Assembly (NCBI RefSeq): GCF_963921235.1
Contig: NC_086097.1
Span: 253,086,001-253,150,000 of the forward strand
Length of the DNA: 64,000 nucleotides
Source: Mobula hypostoma
Lineage: Eukaryota
Reading direction: 5' to 3'
In this document: piece by piece, positions 48,861 to 61,935 of the stretch
How positions within the stretch are numbered: the first letter of the stretch is position 1
Layout of the letters: the number at the start of each line of letters is the position of its first letter
The notes under the pieces: model-generated
Told to the model about the DNA's origin: nothing
The model's database searches: none
What the model saw: only the letters and a program-made list of their open reading frames with translations
Made by a program: the position numbers and the translations under genes

Positions 48861-49319
48861 ATCCATCCCTGACATAACCCAAAGATCTTCAGGGACCGAG
48901 AGCTCAAAAAACAAATTCTCTTTTGAGCCAAAAAACATGTGATATTTTTAATCTGGCAATTGGAAGAACACAAAAAAGTTTATTGTGATCTTTCTGATTA
49001 ATTAGAACCTGGAATGTGGAAGCAATTTTTGAAAGAAATTTCGTTGAAGGCCTTCTGTCGCTCATCTTCGGCTGAAGAATAAGTAAAGCCCATAACAACA
49101 GATTTATATTTCACTCCTTGCAATAAAGAGTTATGAGTTATGGCTTAATCTTATCATTTTTGGTAGATATTTGAATGAAAATTTAATGTAAATAATCAAT
49201 AAATTTTACTGAAATGACATGGTTTTTAAGCTAATGTTTTATTCGTGAACTACATAATATTTTCAGATTTTATTGATGAATGTTATGAATTGTTCCTTTT
49301 TAGTATTTTAAAATTTTAA

Positions 49320-51258
49320 ACATAGAACATAGAATAGTACAGCACAGTACAGGCCCTTTGGCCCACAATGTTGTGCCGACCCTCAAACCCTGCCTCCCAT
49401 ATAAGCCCCCACCTTAAATTCCTCCATATACCTGTCTAGCAGTCTCTTAACTTTCACTAGTGTATCTGCCTCCACCACTGACTCAGGCAGTGCATTCCAT
49501 GCACCAACCACTCTCTGAGTAAAAAACCTTCCTCTAATATCCCCCTTGAACTTCCCACCCCTTACCTTAAAGCTATGTCCTCTTGTATTGAGCAGTGGTG
49601 CCCTGGGGAAGAGGCGCTGGCTATCCACTCTATCTATTCCTCTTATTATCTTGTACACCTCTATCATGTCTCCTCGCATCCTCCTTCTCTCCAAAGAGTA
49701 AAGCCCTAGCTCCCTTAATCTCTGATCATAATGCATACTTTCTAAACCAGGCAGCATCCTGGTAAATCTCCTCTGTACCCTTTCCAATGCTTCCACATCC
49801 TTCCTATAGTGAGGTGACCAGAAGTGGGCACAGTACTCCAAGTGTGGCCTAACCAGAGTTTTATAGAGCTGCATCATTACATCGCGACTCTTAAACTCTA
49901 TCCCTTGACTTATGAAAGCTAACACCCAATAAGCTTTCTTAACTACCCTATCCACCTGTGAGGCAACTTTCAGGGATCTGTGGACATGTACCCCCAGATC
50001 CCTCTGCTCCTCCACACTACCAAGTATCCTGCCATTTACTCTGTACTCTGCCTTGGAGTTTGTCCTTCCAAAGTGTACCACCTCACACTTCTCTGGGTTG
50101 AACTCCACCTGCCACTTCTCAGCCCACTCCTGCATCCTATCAATGTCTCTCTGCAATCTTTGACAATCCTCTACACTATCTACAACACCACCAACCTTTG
50201 TGTCATCTGCAAACTTGCCAACCCACCCTTCTACCCCCACATCCAGGTCATTAATAGAAATCAGGAAAAGTAGAGGTCCCAGAACAGATACTTGTGGGAC
50301 ACCACTAGTCACAATCCTCCAATCTGAATGTACTCCCTCCACCACCACCCTCTGCCTTCTGCAGGCAAGCCAATTCTGAATCCACCTGGCCAAATTTCCC
50401 TGGATCCCATGCCTTCTAACTTTCTGAATAAGCCTACCGTGTGGAACCTTGTCAAATGCCTTACTAAAATCCATATAGATCACATCCACTGCACTACCCT
50501 CATTTATATGCCTGGACACCTCCTCAAAGAACTCTATCAGGCTTGTTAAACACAATCTGCCCTTCTCAAATCCATGCTGACTGTCCCTGATCAGACCATG
50601 ATTCTCTAAATGCCTATAGATCCTACCTCTAAGAATCTTTTCCAACAGTTTTCCCACCACAGACGTAAGGCTCACTGGTCTATAATTACCCGGACTATCC
50701 CTACTACCTTTTTTGAACAGGGGGACAACATTCGCCTCCCTCCAATCCTCCGGTACCATTCCCGTGGACAACGAGGATATAAAGATCCTAGCCAGAGGCT
50801 CAGCAATCTCTCGCCTTGCCTCGTGGAGCAGCCTGGGGAGTATTCCGTCAGGCCCTGGGGACTTATCTGTCCTAATGTATTTTAACAACTCCAACACTTC
50901 CTCTTCCTCTCCTCTATCAACATGCTCCAGAACATCAACCTCATTCATATTGTCCTCACCATCATCAAGTTCCCTCTCGTTGGTGAATACCAAAGAGAAG
51001 TATTCATTGAGGACCTCGCTCACTTCTCCAGATACATCTTCCCACCTTTATCTCTAATCGGTCCTACCTTCACTCCTGTCATCTTTTTTTTCTTCACATA
51101 ATTGAAGAATGCCTTGGGGTTCTCCTTTACCCTACTCGCCAAGGCCTTCTCATGCCCCCTTCTTGCTTTTCTCAGTCCCTTCTTAAGCTCCTTTCTTGCT
51201 TCCCTATATTCCTCAATAGACCCATCCGATCCTTGCTTCCTAAACCTCATGTATGCTG
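49320..51258 (-). mobile_element. CR1 subfamily B with a long open RT frame
   Basis: ORF 49383-51023 (546 aa) plus frameshifted upstream part 51020-51250; tail at left. Confidence 0.96.
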
Positions 51259-51431
51259 AGGTTTATGTTTATGTATTTTTTCGAATGTTTTCTTATTTCT
51301 CAGCCTTCAAGGCAGTCAGATGAGCAAGTATTATCAAAGCACAACTTTCAGTCCAGCTGCAATGTTACTGTCATGTTTGTCTGGACAAATGCTTGTCTTA
51401 TCTGGTTACATTTTGAAGTTGCACGATATTA

Positions 51432-51695
51432 GGGCACCACGGTGGTGTAGTGGTTATCACGATGCTCTTACAGACTTCAGAGTTCAGTTCCAGCATCCTC
51501 TGGAAGTAAGTTTGTATGTTTCTTCCCATGTGTGTATGGGTTATCTCTGGATGCTCCGGTTTCCTCCCACAGGTTACCAGTTAGTAGGTTAATTAGTCAT
51601 TGTAAATTGTCCCATGATTTGGCTAGGGTTAAATTGGTGGGTTGCTGGGTCTGAATGACCTGTTTTTCTCTGTATCCCTAATTAAATAAAATAAA
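51432..51695 (+). mobile_element. V-SINE-like element
   Basis: cggtggtgtagtgg A box, gagttcagttcc B box, V domain, aataaa tail. Confidence 0.8.
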
Positions 51696-51758
51696 GTTTC
51701 TACTGTAACAATATTGTGTTATGAAATAATGATTTCATCGCAAGTGATCCACTAAAAT

Positions 51759-53262
51759 AGTCATAGTCATACTTTATTGATCTCGGGGGAAATTGGTTTT
51801 CGTTACAGTTGCACCATAAATAATTAAGTAGTAACATGTAAATTATGAAATAAGTCCAGGACCAGCCTATTGGCTCAGGGTGTCTGACCCTCCAAGGGAG
51901 GAGTTGTAAAGTTTGATGGCCACAGGCAGGAATGACTTCCTATGACGCTCTGTGCTGCATCTCGGTGGAATGAGTCTCTGGCTGAATGTACTCCTGTGCC
52001 CACCCAGTACATTATGTAGTGGATGGGAGACATTGTCCAAGATGGCATGCAACTTAGACAGCATCCTCTTTTCAGACACCACCATCAGAGAGTCCAGTTC
52101 CATCCCCACAACATCACTGGCCTTACAAATGAGTTTGTTGATTCTGTTGGTGTCTGCTACCCTCAGCCTGCTGCCCCAGCACACAACAGCAGACATGATC
52201 ACACTGGCCACCACAGACTCGTAGAACATCCTCAGCATCGTCTGACAGATGTTAAAGGACCTCAGTCTCCTCAGGAAATAGAGACGGCTCTGACCCTTCT
52301 TGTAGACAGTCTCAGTGTTCCTTGACCAGTCCAGTTTATTGTTAATTCGTATCACCAGGTATTTGTAATCCTCCACCATGTCCACACTGACCCCCTGGAT
52401 GGAAACAGGGGTCACCGGTACCTTAGCTCTCCTCAGGTCTACCACCAGCTCCTTAGTCTTTTTCACATTAAGCTGCAGATAATTCTGCTCACACCATGTG
52501 ACAAAGTTTCCTACCATAGCCCTGTAATCAGCCTCATCTCCCTTGCTGATGCATCCAACTATGGCAGAGTCATCAGAAAACTTTTGAAGATGACAAGACT
52601 CTGTGCAGTAGTTGAAGTCCAGGGTGTAAATGGTGAAGAGAAAGGGAGACAAGACAGTCCCCTGTGGAGCCCCAGTGCTGCTGATCACTCTGTCAGACAC
52701 ACAGTGTTGCAAGCACATGTACTGTGGTCTGACAGTCAGGTAATCAAGAATCCATGACACCAGGGAAGCATCCACCTGCATCGCTGTCAGCTTCTCCCCC
52801 AGCAGAGCAGGGTGGATGGTGTTGAACGCACTGGAAAAGTCAAAAAACATGACCCTCACAGTGCTCACTGGCTTGTCCAGGTGGGTGTAGACACGGTTCA
52901 GCAGGTAGACGATGGCATCCTCAACTCCTAGTTGGGGCTGGTAGGCGAACTGGAGGGGATCTAAGTGTGGCCTGACCATAGGCTGGAGCAGCTCCAGAAC
53001 AAGTCTCTCCAAGGTCTTCATGATGTGGGAGGTCAATGCCACCGGTCTGTAGTCATTGAGGCCGCTGGGGCGCGGTGTCTTCGGCACAGGGACGAGGCAG
53101 GATGTCTTCCACAGTACAGGAACCCTCCGGAGCCTCAGGCTCAGGTTGAAGACATGGCGAAGTACCCCACATAGTTGAGGGGCACAGGCTTTGAGCACCC
53201 TGGTACTGACACCATCCAGTCCTGCAGCCTTGCTTAGGTTGAGACGTCTCAGCTGTCCAGCT
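51759..53262 (-). mobile_element. Rex1 LINE, 5'-truncated, RT frame open
   Basis: ORF 51867-53198 (443 aa): DYRPVALTS, FFDFSSAFNT, GAPQGTVLSPFLF, KFSDD, KGQSRLYFLRRL; (gactat)n tail. Confidence 0.93.
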
Positions 53263-53299
53263 GATGGATGCTATCCAGCTAAATATGAGGGGTAAATGC

Positions 53300-53625
53300 A
53301 AGCAGGTTCTTTCCACTGAGGTTGGATGAGACTAGAACTAGAGGTCATGGGTTAAGGGCTAAAGGTGAAATATTTAAGGGGAACAGGAAGGGAAACTTCT
53401 TTGCTCAGAGGGTGGTGAGAGTGTGGAATGAGCTGCCAGCGCAAGAGGTGAATACAGGTTCGATTTCAACACTGAAGAGAAGCTTGGACAGGTACATGGA
53501 TGGCATGGGCATGGAGGGCTGTGGTCCACGTGCTCATAAATTGGAGTGGGCAGTTTAAATGATTCAGCATGGGTAGATGGGTTGGACAGACTGCTTCTGT
53601 GCTGTTGTTTCTATGACTCCATGAC
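53300..53625 (+). mobile_element. Old CR1 3' end
   Basis: ORF 53322-53558 TRTRGH..FFAQRVVRVWNELP. Confidence 0.85.
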
Positions 53626-54067
53626 TAAATCCTCAAGCCCATCTCTGTTAATGTAGAAAATCAGATTCAGACTCAGATATTTGTAGGGTTATGTCGGAGG
53701 GAAGGGTTAGATTTAACTTAGAGTAGGTTTAAAAGGTTGTGCACCGAAAGGCCCGTACTGAGCTGCAATGTTCTATGTCGTAAGGACGGTTGATTCCATG
53801 CCTCATCAGGAAATAGGTGGGAAGGTGAATGAAAGCTTGGTCAAAGGGACAGGTTTTAAGGAGGACAATGAGCCTAAATGATAGAGAAAAGGAATTCTGC
53901 ACTGAGATTTTGGTAGTTAGGGCAGGACTTTGGAGCTTTGATCTTAATCACTGTCACTTCTTCCTTTCTGATCTCTGCTGCTTAACCTGTGACCAGCAGT
54001 AAGTAATCTGCACTGTAGATTGAGAATCAGATTCAGGTTAATTTATTTATCACATGTACATTGAAAC

Positions 54068-55412
54068 ATTCAGTGGTGGGCAAGTTGTTGGCGAAGATCC
54101 TGAGAGGCAGGACTTATGAGCATTTGGAGCGAAGTAGTCTGATTAGGGATAGTCAGCATGGCTTTGTCAAGGGCAGGTCGTGCCTTATGAGCCTGATTGA
54201 ATAATTTGGGGATGTAACAAAACACATTGATGAAAGTAGAGCAATGGATGTAGTGTACATGGATTTCAGCAAGGCAATTGATAAGGTACCCCTTGCAAGT
54301 TCTTTCAGAAAGTACTGAGGCATGGGATCCAAGGAGATCTTGCTTTGTGGATCCAGAATCGGCTTGCCCACAGAAGGCAAAGGGTGGTTGTAGATGGTTC
54401 ATGTTCTGCATGGAGGTCGGTGACCAGTGGTGTTCCGCAGGGATCTGTTCTGGGACCCCTCCTCTTTGTGATCTTTATAAATGACCTGGATGAGGAAGTA
54501 AAGGGTGGGTTAGTAAGTTTTCTGATGATACAAAAGCTTGGGGCATTGTGGATAGTGTGGAGGGCTGTCAGAGGTTACAGAGGGACATTGATAGGATGCA
54601 AAACTGGGCTGAGAAGTGGCAGATGGAATTCAACCCAGGTTAGTGTAAAGTGGTTCATTTTGGTAGGTCAAATTTGAAGGCAGAATATAATATAAATGGT
54701 AAGACTCTTGGCGGTGCGGAGGATCTGACAGATCTTGAGGTCCGTGTTCATAGGACTCTCAAAGCTGCAGCAGTGGTTGTCAGTTGTTGTTAAGAAGGCG
54801 TATGGTGTGTTGGCCTTCACCAACCATGGGATTAGATTCAAGAGCCGAGAGGTAATCTTACAGCGATGTAAGGCCTTGGTCAGACCCCACTTGGAGTACT
54901 GTGCTCAGTTCTGGTCACCTCACTACAGGAAGGATGTGGAAACTATAGAGAGAGTGCAGAGGAGATTTACAAGGATGTTGCCTGGATTGGAGAGTGTGCC
55001 TTATGAAAACAGGTTGAATGAACTTGTCCTTTTCTCCTTGGAGCGACAGAGGATGAGAAGTGACCTGATAGAGGTGTATAAGATAAGGCTTTGATCATGT
55101 GGATAGCCAAAACTTTTTTCCCAGGACTTGTAATGGCTAACACGAAGGGGCATAGTTTTTAAGTTGTTTGGAAGTAGGTACAGTCGTGATGTCAGGGGTA
55201 AGTTTTTCACACAGAGCGTGGTGAGTGTGTGGAATGCACTGCTGGCAGCGGTAATGGAAGTGGATACAATAGGGTCTTTTAAGAGGCTCTTAGATAGGTA
55301 CATGGAGCTTAGAAATATAGAGGGCTATGCGCTAGGAAATTCTAGGCAGTTTTTGCTCTGCAAAACATTGTGGGCCGAAGGGAAAGCACTGTAGATTTTC
55401 TGTTCTATGTTC
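54068..55412 (+). mobile_element. CR1 (D), degraded RT to tail
   Basis: ORFs 54345-54677, 54735-55094, 55164-55394. Confidence 0.92.
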
Positions 55413-55819
55413 TGTTTGCGTTAACAACCAACACACCCAAGGATGTGGTGGTGACAGCCCACAAGAGTTGCCACTCACTCTGGTGCTGATATTGTATCAA
55501 CAACAAAACCGGGGAATCACTCTGATCGAATTTCAGCCCAGACTGTGATATTACTGCCATGTTTCTTTAGACAAGTACTTGTTTTATGTGGCTATATTTT
55601 GAAGTAGGGCAATTTTTACCCCAACAATATTGTGTTGTTAAATAATGATTTCACAGCAAATGATTCACTAAAATGCATGCTATCCAACTTCATCCTCAGG
55701 ACCAGCTTTGTTAAGGCAGAAATATTTCTCATCCCAGACGTTCCTCCTGGATGTGAGGAAGGTGCCAGCACTATGCAGTGTCTATTGACTGCTCTATGCT
55801 TCCAAGCCAGTCTCAATCC

Positions 55820-56990
55820 AGTAGAGCACAGTACACAATGTTGGCCCACAATGTTGTGCCAACCTTTTAACCTACTCTGAGATCAATCTAACCCTTCCCT
55901 CCCACATAGCCCTTCATTTTTCTATCATCCACGCGCCTTTCTAAGAGTTTTTTCAATGTCTCTAATATATCTGCCTCTACCACCAGCCCTGGCAGGGTGT
56001 TCCACACACCCATCACTCTCCGTGTAAAGAACTTAACTCATACTTTCCTTCAATCATCTTAAAATTGTCTCCCCTTAGTATTAGTCATTTCCACCCTGGG
56101 AAAAAGTCTCTGGCTGTCCACTCATTGTTAACACATTGTACACCTCTTTCAAGTGATCTCACATCCTCCTTCATGCCAAAGAGAAAAGGCCTAGCTCACT
56201 CAGCCTTTCCTCACAAGACATACACTCTAATCCTGGTAGTGTTGTGGTCCAGTCCATGAAGTCTGCATTCCAGTTCACAGTCCAGTCCATCGATCCTTAT
56301 TCCAGGTTTTCTGGTTTTCCCTTGTCCTGTTGTGTGCCTTAATTGTGGCAGGTGATTCTCATTTTGGGCAGGCTCAGTGTTCTGTGTATGAGTCCTGGCT
56401 CTACGTCCTGCTCCCAAGGAGGGGTCCCGGCTCTGTGTTCCATGTTCCTGTCTCTCAAGACCAAGGCTCTGTGTTCCTGTCTCCCTCAACCAAGTCAAGG
56501 CTTTGTGTTCTCGTCCTGTCCATGTGCCTCGTCCAGCCCAGGAGTACCCCACCCACCCCAGTGCTGGGGTTCCCTCGTCCTGTCCAGGAGTCTCACGTCC
56601 AGTCCTGTTGCCTCTCCTCGTCCTGTAGCCATGTCTTGTCCTCGCCTAGATCCAGAGTCCGAGCCCAAGTCAAGACCCAGATTCTGGGTCCCTGTCCAGT
56701 CTCTGGCTCGGAGTCCTTGTCCAGGTTCCAAGTTCCTTGTTCCTCGTCAAGGTCCCACTTTCCTAGTCTAGTCCTAGCCCAGGCCCTGTATCCCAGTCTC
56801 TTCCAGGGCCTGTGTCTTGTCCAGCGTTGTTTCTTCCCAACTTCCCTTGCTTTCTTGACCACCTAGTCCTTGAGCTAGTACTTCAGTGTCTGTGTCTTGC
56901 ATTTGGGTCTGCTCCCAGTGCCCCATTTATGATAGGTAGCATCTTAGTAAATCTCTTCTGCTCCCTTTCTAAAGCTTGCACATCCTAAAT
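55820..56990 (-). mobile_element. Old CR1 3' end split by an LTR
   Basis: 55820-56239 continues at 56935 (ggtagcatcttagtaaatctc). Confidence 0.8.
56240..56934 (+). mobile_element. Solo LTR (695 bp), 5-bp TSD
   Basis: GGTAG at 56235-56239 and 56935-56939; starts tgttgtg, ends tatgata (decayed CA); internal pyrimidine-rich short repeats. Confidence 0.85.
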
Positions 56991-57273
56991 TCGGATCCTT
57001 GAATACTTTACTGAAGTGCCTTTGAATGTTTTTGCCGCGTTACAGGTGCTATATAAATGGAAGTTGCTGCTGTTGATGCTAGCTTTTGATGACTCAGAAA
57101 TTATTTGAAGTTCCTTGAGTTGTTCTGTAAGTAGGAGTCTTCAATCTAAATGAATTGTTTTTTTTTAAACTAGACTGTTTCCTCGGAATGAGATTTTCCA
57201 GAGCATGAGCCAGTCACCAGAGTGGATAATTTCACTTACCTCATCTCTGCACTATTGCCTTAACACCTGGATT

Positions 57274-60200
57274 CATAGAAACATAGAAACATAGAAAATA
57301 GGTGCAGGAGTAGGCCATTCGGCCCTTCGAGCCTGCACCGCCATTTATTATGATCATGGCTGATCATCCAACTCAGAACCCAGCCTTCCCTCCATACCCC
57401 CTGACCCCTGTAGCCACAAGGGCCATATCTAACTTCCTTTTAAACATAGCTAATGAACTGGCCTCAACAGTTTGCTGTGGCAGAGAATTCCACAGATTCA
57501 CCACTCTCTGTGTGAAGAAGTTTTTCCTAACCTCGGTCCTAAAAGGCTTCCCCTCTATCCTCAAACTGTGACCCCTCGTTCTAGACCTCCCCAACATCGG
57601 GAACAATCTTCCCGCATCTAGCCTGTCCAATCCCTTTAGGATCTTATACGTTTCAATCAGATCCCCCCTCAATCTTCTAAATTCCAACGAGTACAAGCCC
57701 AGTTCATCCAGTCTTTCTTCATATGAAAGACCTGCCATCCCAGGAATCAATCTGGTGAACCTTCTTTGTACTCCCTCTATGGCAAAGATGTCTTTCCTCA
57801 GATTAGGGGACCAAAACTGCACACAATACTCCAGGTGTGGTCTCACCAAGGCCTTGTACAACTGCAGTAGTACCTCCCTGCTCCTGTACTCGAATCCTCT
57901 CGCTATAAATGCCAGCATACCGTTCGCCTTTTTCACCGCCTGCTGTACCTACATGCCCACTTTCAATGACTGGTGTATAATGACACCCAGGTCTCGTTGC
58001 ACCTCCCCTTTTCCTAATCGGCCACCATTCAGATAATAATCTGTTTTCCTATTTTTGCCACCAAAGTGGATAACTTCACATTTATCCACATTAAATTGCA
58101 TCTGCCATGAGTTTGCCCACTCACCCAACCTATCCAAGTCACCCTGCATCCTCTTAGCATCCTCCTCACTGCTAACACTGCCACCCAGCTTCGTGTCATC
58201 CGCAAACTTGGAGATGCTGCATTTAATTCCCTCATCCAAGTCATTAATATATATTGTAAACAACTGGGGTCCCAGCACTGAGCCTTGCGGTACCCCACTA
58301 GTCACCGCCTGCCATTCTGAAAAGGTCCCGTTTATTCCCACTCTTTGCTTCCTGTCTGCTAACCAATTCTCCACCCACACCAATACCTTACCCCCAATAC
58401 CGTGTGCTTTAAGTTTGCACACTAATCTCCTGTGTGGGACCTTGTCAAAAGCCTTTTGAAAATCCAAATATACCACATCCACTGGTTCTCCCCTATCCAC
58501 TCTACTAGTTACATCCTCAAAAAATTCTATGAGATTCGTCAGACATGATTTTCCTTTCACAAATCCACGCTGACTTTGTCCAGTCATTTCACCGCTTTCC
58601 AAATGTGCTGTTATCACATCCTTGATAACTGACTCCAGCAGTTTCCCCACCACCGACGTTAGGCTAACCGGCCTATAATTCCCCGGTTTCTCTCTCCCTC
58701 CTTTTTTAAAAAGTGGGGTTACATTAGCCACCCTCCAATCCTCAGGAACTAGTCCAGAATCTAACGAGTTTTGAAAAATTATCACTAATGCATCCACTAT
58801 TTCTTGGGCCACTTCCTTAAGCACTCTGGGATGCAGACCATCTGGCCCCGGGGATTTATCCGCCTTCAATCCCTTCAATTTACCTAACAACACTTCCCTA
58901 CTAACATGTATTTCGCTCAGTTCCTCCATCTCACTGGACCCTCTGTCCCTTACTATTTCTGGAAGATTATTTATGTCCTCCTTAGTGAAGACAGAACCAA
59001 AGTAATTATTCAATTGGTCTGCCGTGTCCTTGCTCCCCATAATCAATTCACCTGTTTCTGTTTGCAGGGGACCTACATTTGTCTTTATCAGTCTTTTCCT
59101 TTTTACATATCTATAAAAGCTTTTACAGTCCGTTTTTATGTTCTCTGCCAGTTTTCTCTCATAATCTTTTTTCCCCTTCCTAATTAAGCCCTTTGTCCTC
59201 TTCTGCTGAACTCTGAATTTCTCCCAGTCCTCAGGTGAGCCACTTTCTCTGGCTAATTTGTATGCTACTTCTTTGGAATTGATACTATCCCTAATTTCTC
59301 TTGTCAGCCACGGGTGCACTACCTTCCTTGATTTATTCTTTTGCCAAACTGGGATGAACAATTGTTGTAGTTCATCCATGCAACCTTTAAATGCCTGCCA
59401 TTGCATATCCACCGTCAATCCTTGAAGTGTCATTTGCCAGTCTATCTTAGCTAATTCACGTCTCATACCTTCAAAGTTACCCCTCTTTAAGTTCAGAACC
59501 TTTGTTTCTGAATTAACTACGTCACTCTCCATGTTAATGAAGAATTCCACCATATTATGGTCACTCTTACCCAAGGGGCCTCTCACAACAAGATCGCTAA
59601 TTAACCCTTCCTCATTGCTCAAAACCCAGTCCAGAATAGCCTGCTCTCTAGTCGGTTCCTCGACATGTTGGTTCAAAAAACCATCCCGCATACATTCCAA
59701 GAAATCCTCTTCCTCAGCACCTTTACCAATTTGGTTCACCCAGTCTACATGTAGATTGAAGTCACCCATTATAACTGCTGTTCCTTTATTGCACACATTT
59801 CTAATTTCCTGTTTAATACCATCTCCGACCTCACTACTACTGTTAGGTGGCCTGTACACAACTCCCACCAGCGTCTTCTACCCCTTAGTGTTACGCAGCT
59901 CTACCCATATCGATTCCACATCTTCCCGGCTTATGTCCTTCCTTTCTATTGCGTTAATCTCTTCTTTAACCAGCAACGCCACCCCACCTCCCCTTCCTTC
60001 ATGTCTATCCCTCCTGAATATTGAATATCCCTGAACGTTGAGCTCCCATCCCTGGTCACCCTGGAGCCACGTCTCTGTGATCCCAACTATATCATAATCA
60101 TTAATAACAATCTGCACTTTCAATTCATCCACCTTATTACGAATGCTCCTTGCATTGACACATAAAGCCTTCAGGCGCTCTTTTACAACTCTCTTAGCCC

Positions 60201-61170
60201 TTTTTAATGCTTGCCCTGGATTTGTTGGCCTGCCACTTTTACTTTTCCCCTTTGTACTTTTTGCTTCTACGCTCACTTTACACCCCTCTGTCTCTCTGCA
60301 CTGGTTCCCATCCCTCTGTCGTGAACTAACCTCTTCACACCTAGCCGCTTTAATTTGATTCCCACCCCCCAACCATTCTAGTTTAAAGTCACCTCAGTAG
60401 CCCCCGCTAATCTCCCTGCCAGGATATTGGTCCCCCTAGGATTTAAGTGTAACCCGTCCTTTTTGTACAGGTCACGCCTGCGCCAGAAAAGTCCCAATGA
60501 TCCAAAAACTTGAATCCCTGCCCCCTGCTCCAATCCCTCAGCCACGCATTTATCTTCCACCTCATCGCATTCCTACTCTCACTGTCGCGTGGCACAGGCA
60601 GTAATCCCGAGATTACTACCTTTGTGGTCCTTTTTCTCAACTCCCTTCCTAGCTCCCTATATTCTCCTTTCAGGACCTCATCCCTTTTCCTACCTATGTC
60701 ATTGGTACCTATATGTACCACGACCTCTGGCTCCTCACCCTCCCACTTCAGGATATCTTGGACACGATCAGAAATATCCCGGACCCTGGCACCAGGGAGG
60801 CAAACTACCATCCGAGTCTCTGGACTGCGTCCACAGAATCGCCTATCTGACCCCCTTACTATCGAGTCCCCTATCACAACTGCCCTACCCTTCTGAGCTA
60901 CAGGGCCAGACTCTGTGCCGGAGGCAGGGCCACTGTCACTTCCCCCGGGTAAGCTGTCCCCCCCAACAGTACTCAAACAGGAGTACCTGTTGTTAAGGGG
61001 CACAGCCGCCGGGGTACTCCCCATCACCTGCCTTTTCCCCTTCCCCCTCCTAACCGTGACCCACTTGTCTGCCTCCCGTGGCCCCGGCGTGACCACCTGC
61101 CTTCCACTCCTCTCTATCACCTCCTCGCTCTCCCTGACCAGACGAAGGTCATCGAGCTGCAGCTCCAGTT
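57274..61170 (-). mobile_element. Near full-length CR1 subfamily A (ORF1 SGNH esterase; ORF2 APE EN + RT)
   Basis: ORF1 GDSIVRG/HIGTND/DGLHLN with one frameshift; ORF2 60372-57373 in one frame, broken only by stops at 59878 and 57949. Confidence 0.97.
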
Positions 61171-61519
61171 CCGTTCCGTCACTTTCAAGGACTCCTCATC
61201 TCATGTTTTCAGTATCTATTGCTTATTTTCTTTCTTTCTTCCTTCCTTTCTCTATTTGCTGTTTATTGTCTTTTGCACGTTGGTTGTCCAAACTCTTGTG
61301 TGTGGTCTTTGGTTAATTCCATTGTGATTCTTTGTATTTTAAAGAGAATGAATTTCAGGGTTGTACATTGTGATATATACGTACACTGATGATAAATTTA
61401 CTGTGAACTCTGAGTGCTCTTCCACACTCACTTTAGATCATGAGTGCTTTCACGATGCCTGATCTTCTCTCTCCTCTGTACACCCAAAGGTGTTCATTAG
61501 CGCTACTTTAACTGTGGCT

Positions 61520-61795
61520 AAAGTAGTGTAAAGTAGTGTAGTGGTTAGAGCAATGCTTTTACAGTGACAGCAACTGGAGTTCAATTCCTTCTGCTCTCTG
61601 TAAGGAGTTTGTACTTTCTCTCTGTGGCCTCGTGGGTTTCCTACAGGTGCTCTGGTTCCCTGCCACAGTCCAAAGACGTACAATTTAGTGCAAAGGCATA
61701 CAGTTTAGTAGGCTAATCGGTCACATGGGTGTAATTGGCTGGTGTGGGCTTGTTGGGAAGGGCCTGTTACTCTGCTGGATCTCCAAAAAAAAAAT
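61520..61795 (+). mobile_element. V-SINE-like element
   Basis: tagtgtagtggttag, ggagttcaattcc, V domain, A tail. Confidence 0.8.
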
Positions 61796-61811
61796 TCTCG
61801 ATAAACAAAAC

Positions 61812-61935
61812 ATACTGCAAATGCTGGAAATCTGAAATTGGAACAGAGAATGCTGGAAACACTTAGTCTGAGGAGTTTCTGTAGGGAAAGAAAAATGTTA
61901 ATGCTATAGGTTGAAGAGCTTCCACCAGACCTGGC
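61812..61935 (-). repeat. Decayed Penelope-derived short repeat
   Basis: ctgcaaatgctggaaatc..gaatgctggaaacact. Confidence 0.5.

Noticed and set aside
49383..51023. Long RT ORFs as domesticated genes (also 51867-53198, 24097-25461)
   Set aside because: 5'-truncated, retain element tails and have near-identical sibling copies; youth explains the open frames
56211..56866. Several overlapping 80-180 aa ORFs
   Set aside because: Low-complexity LTR sequence
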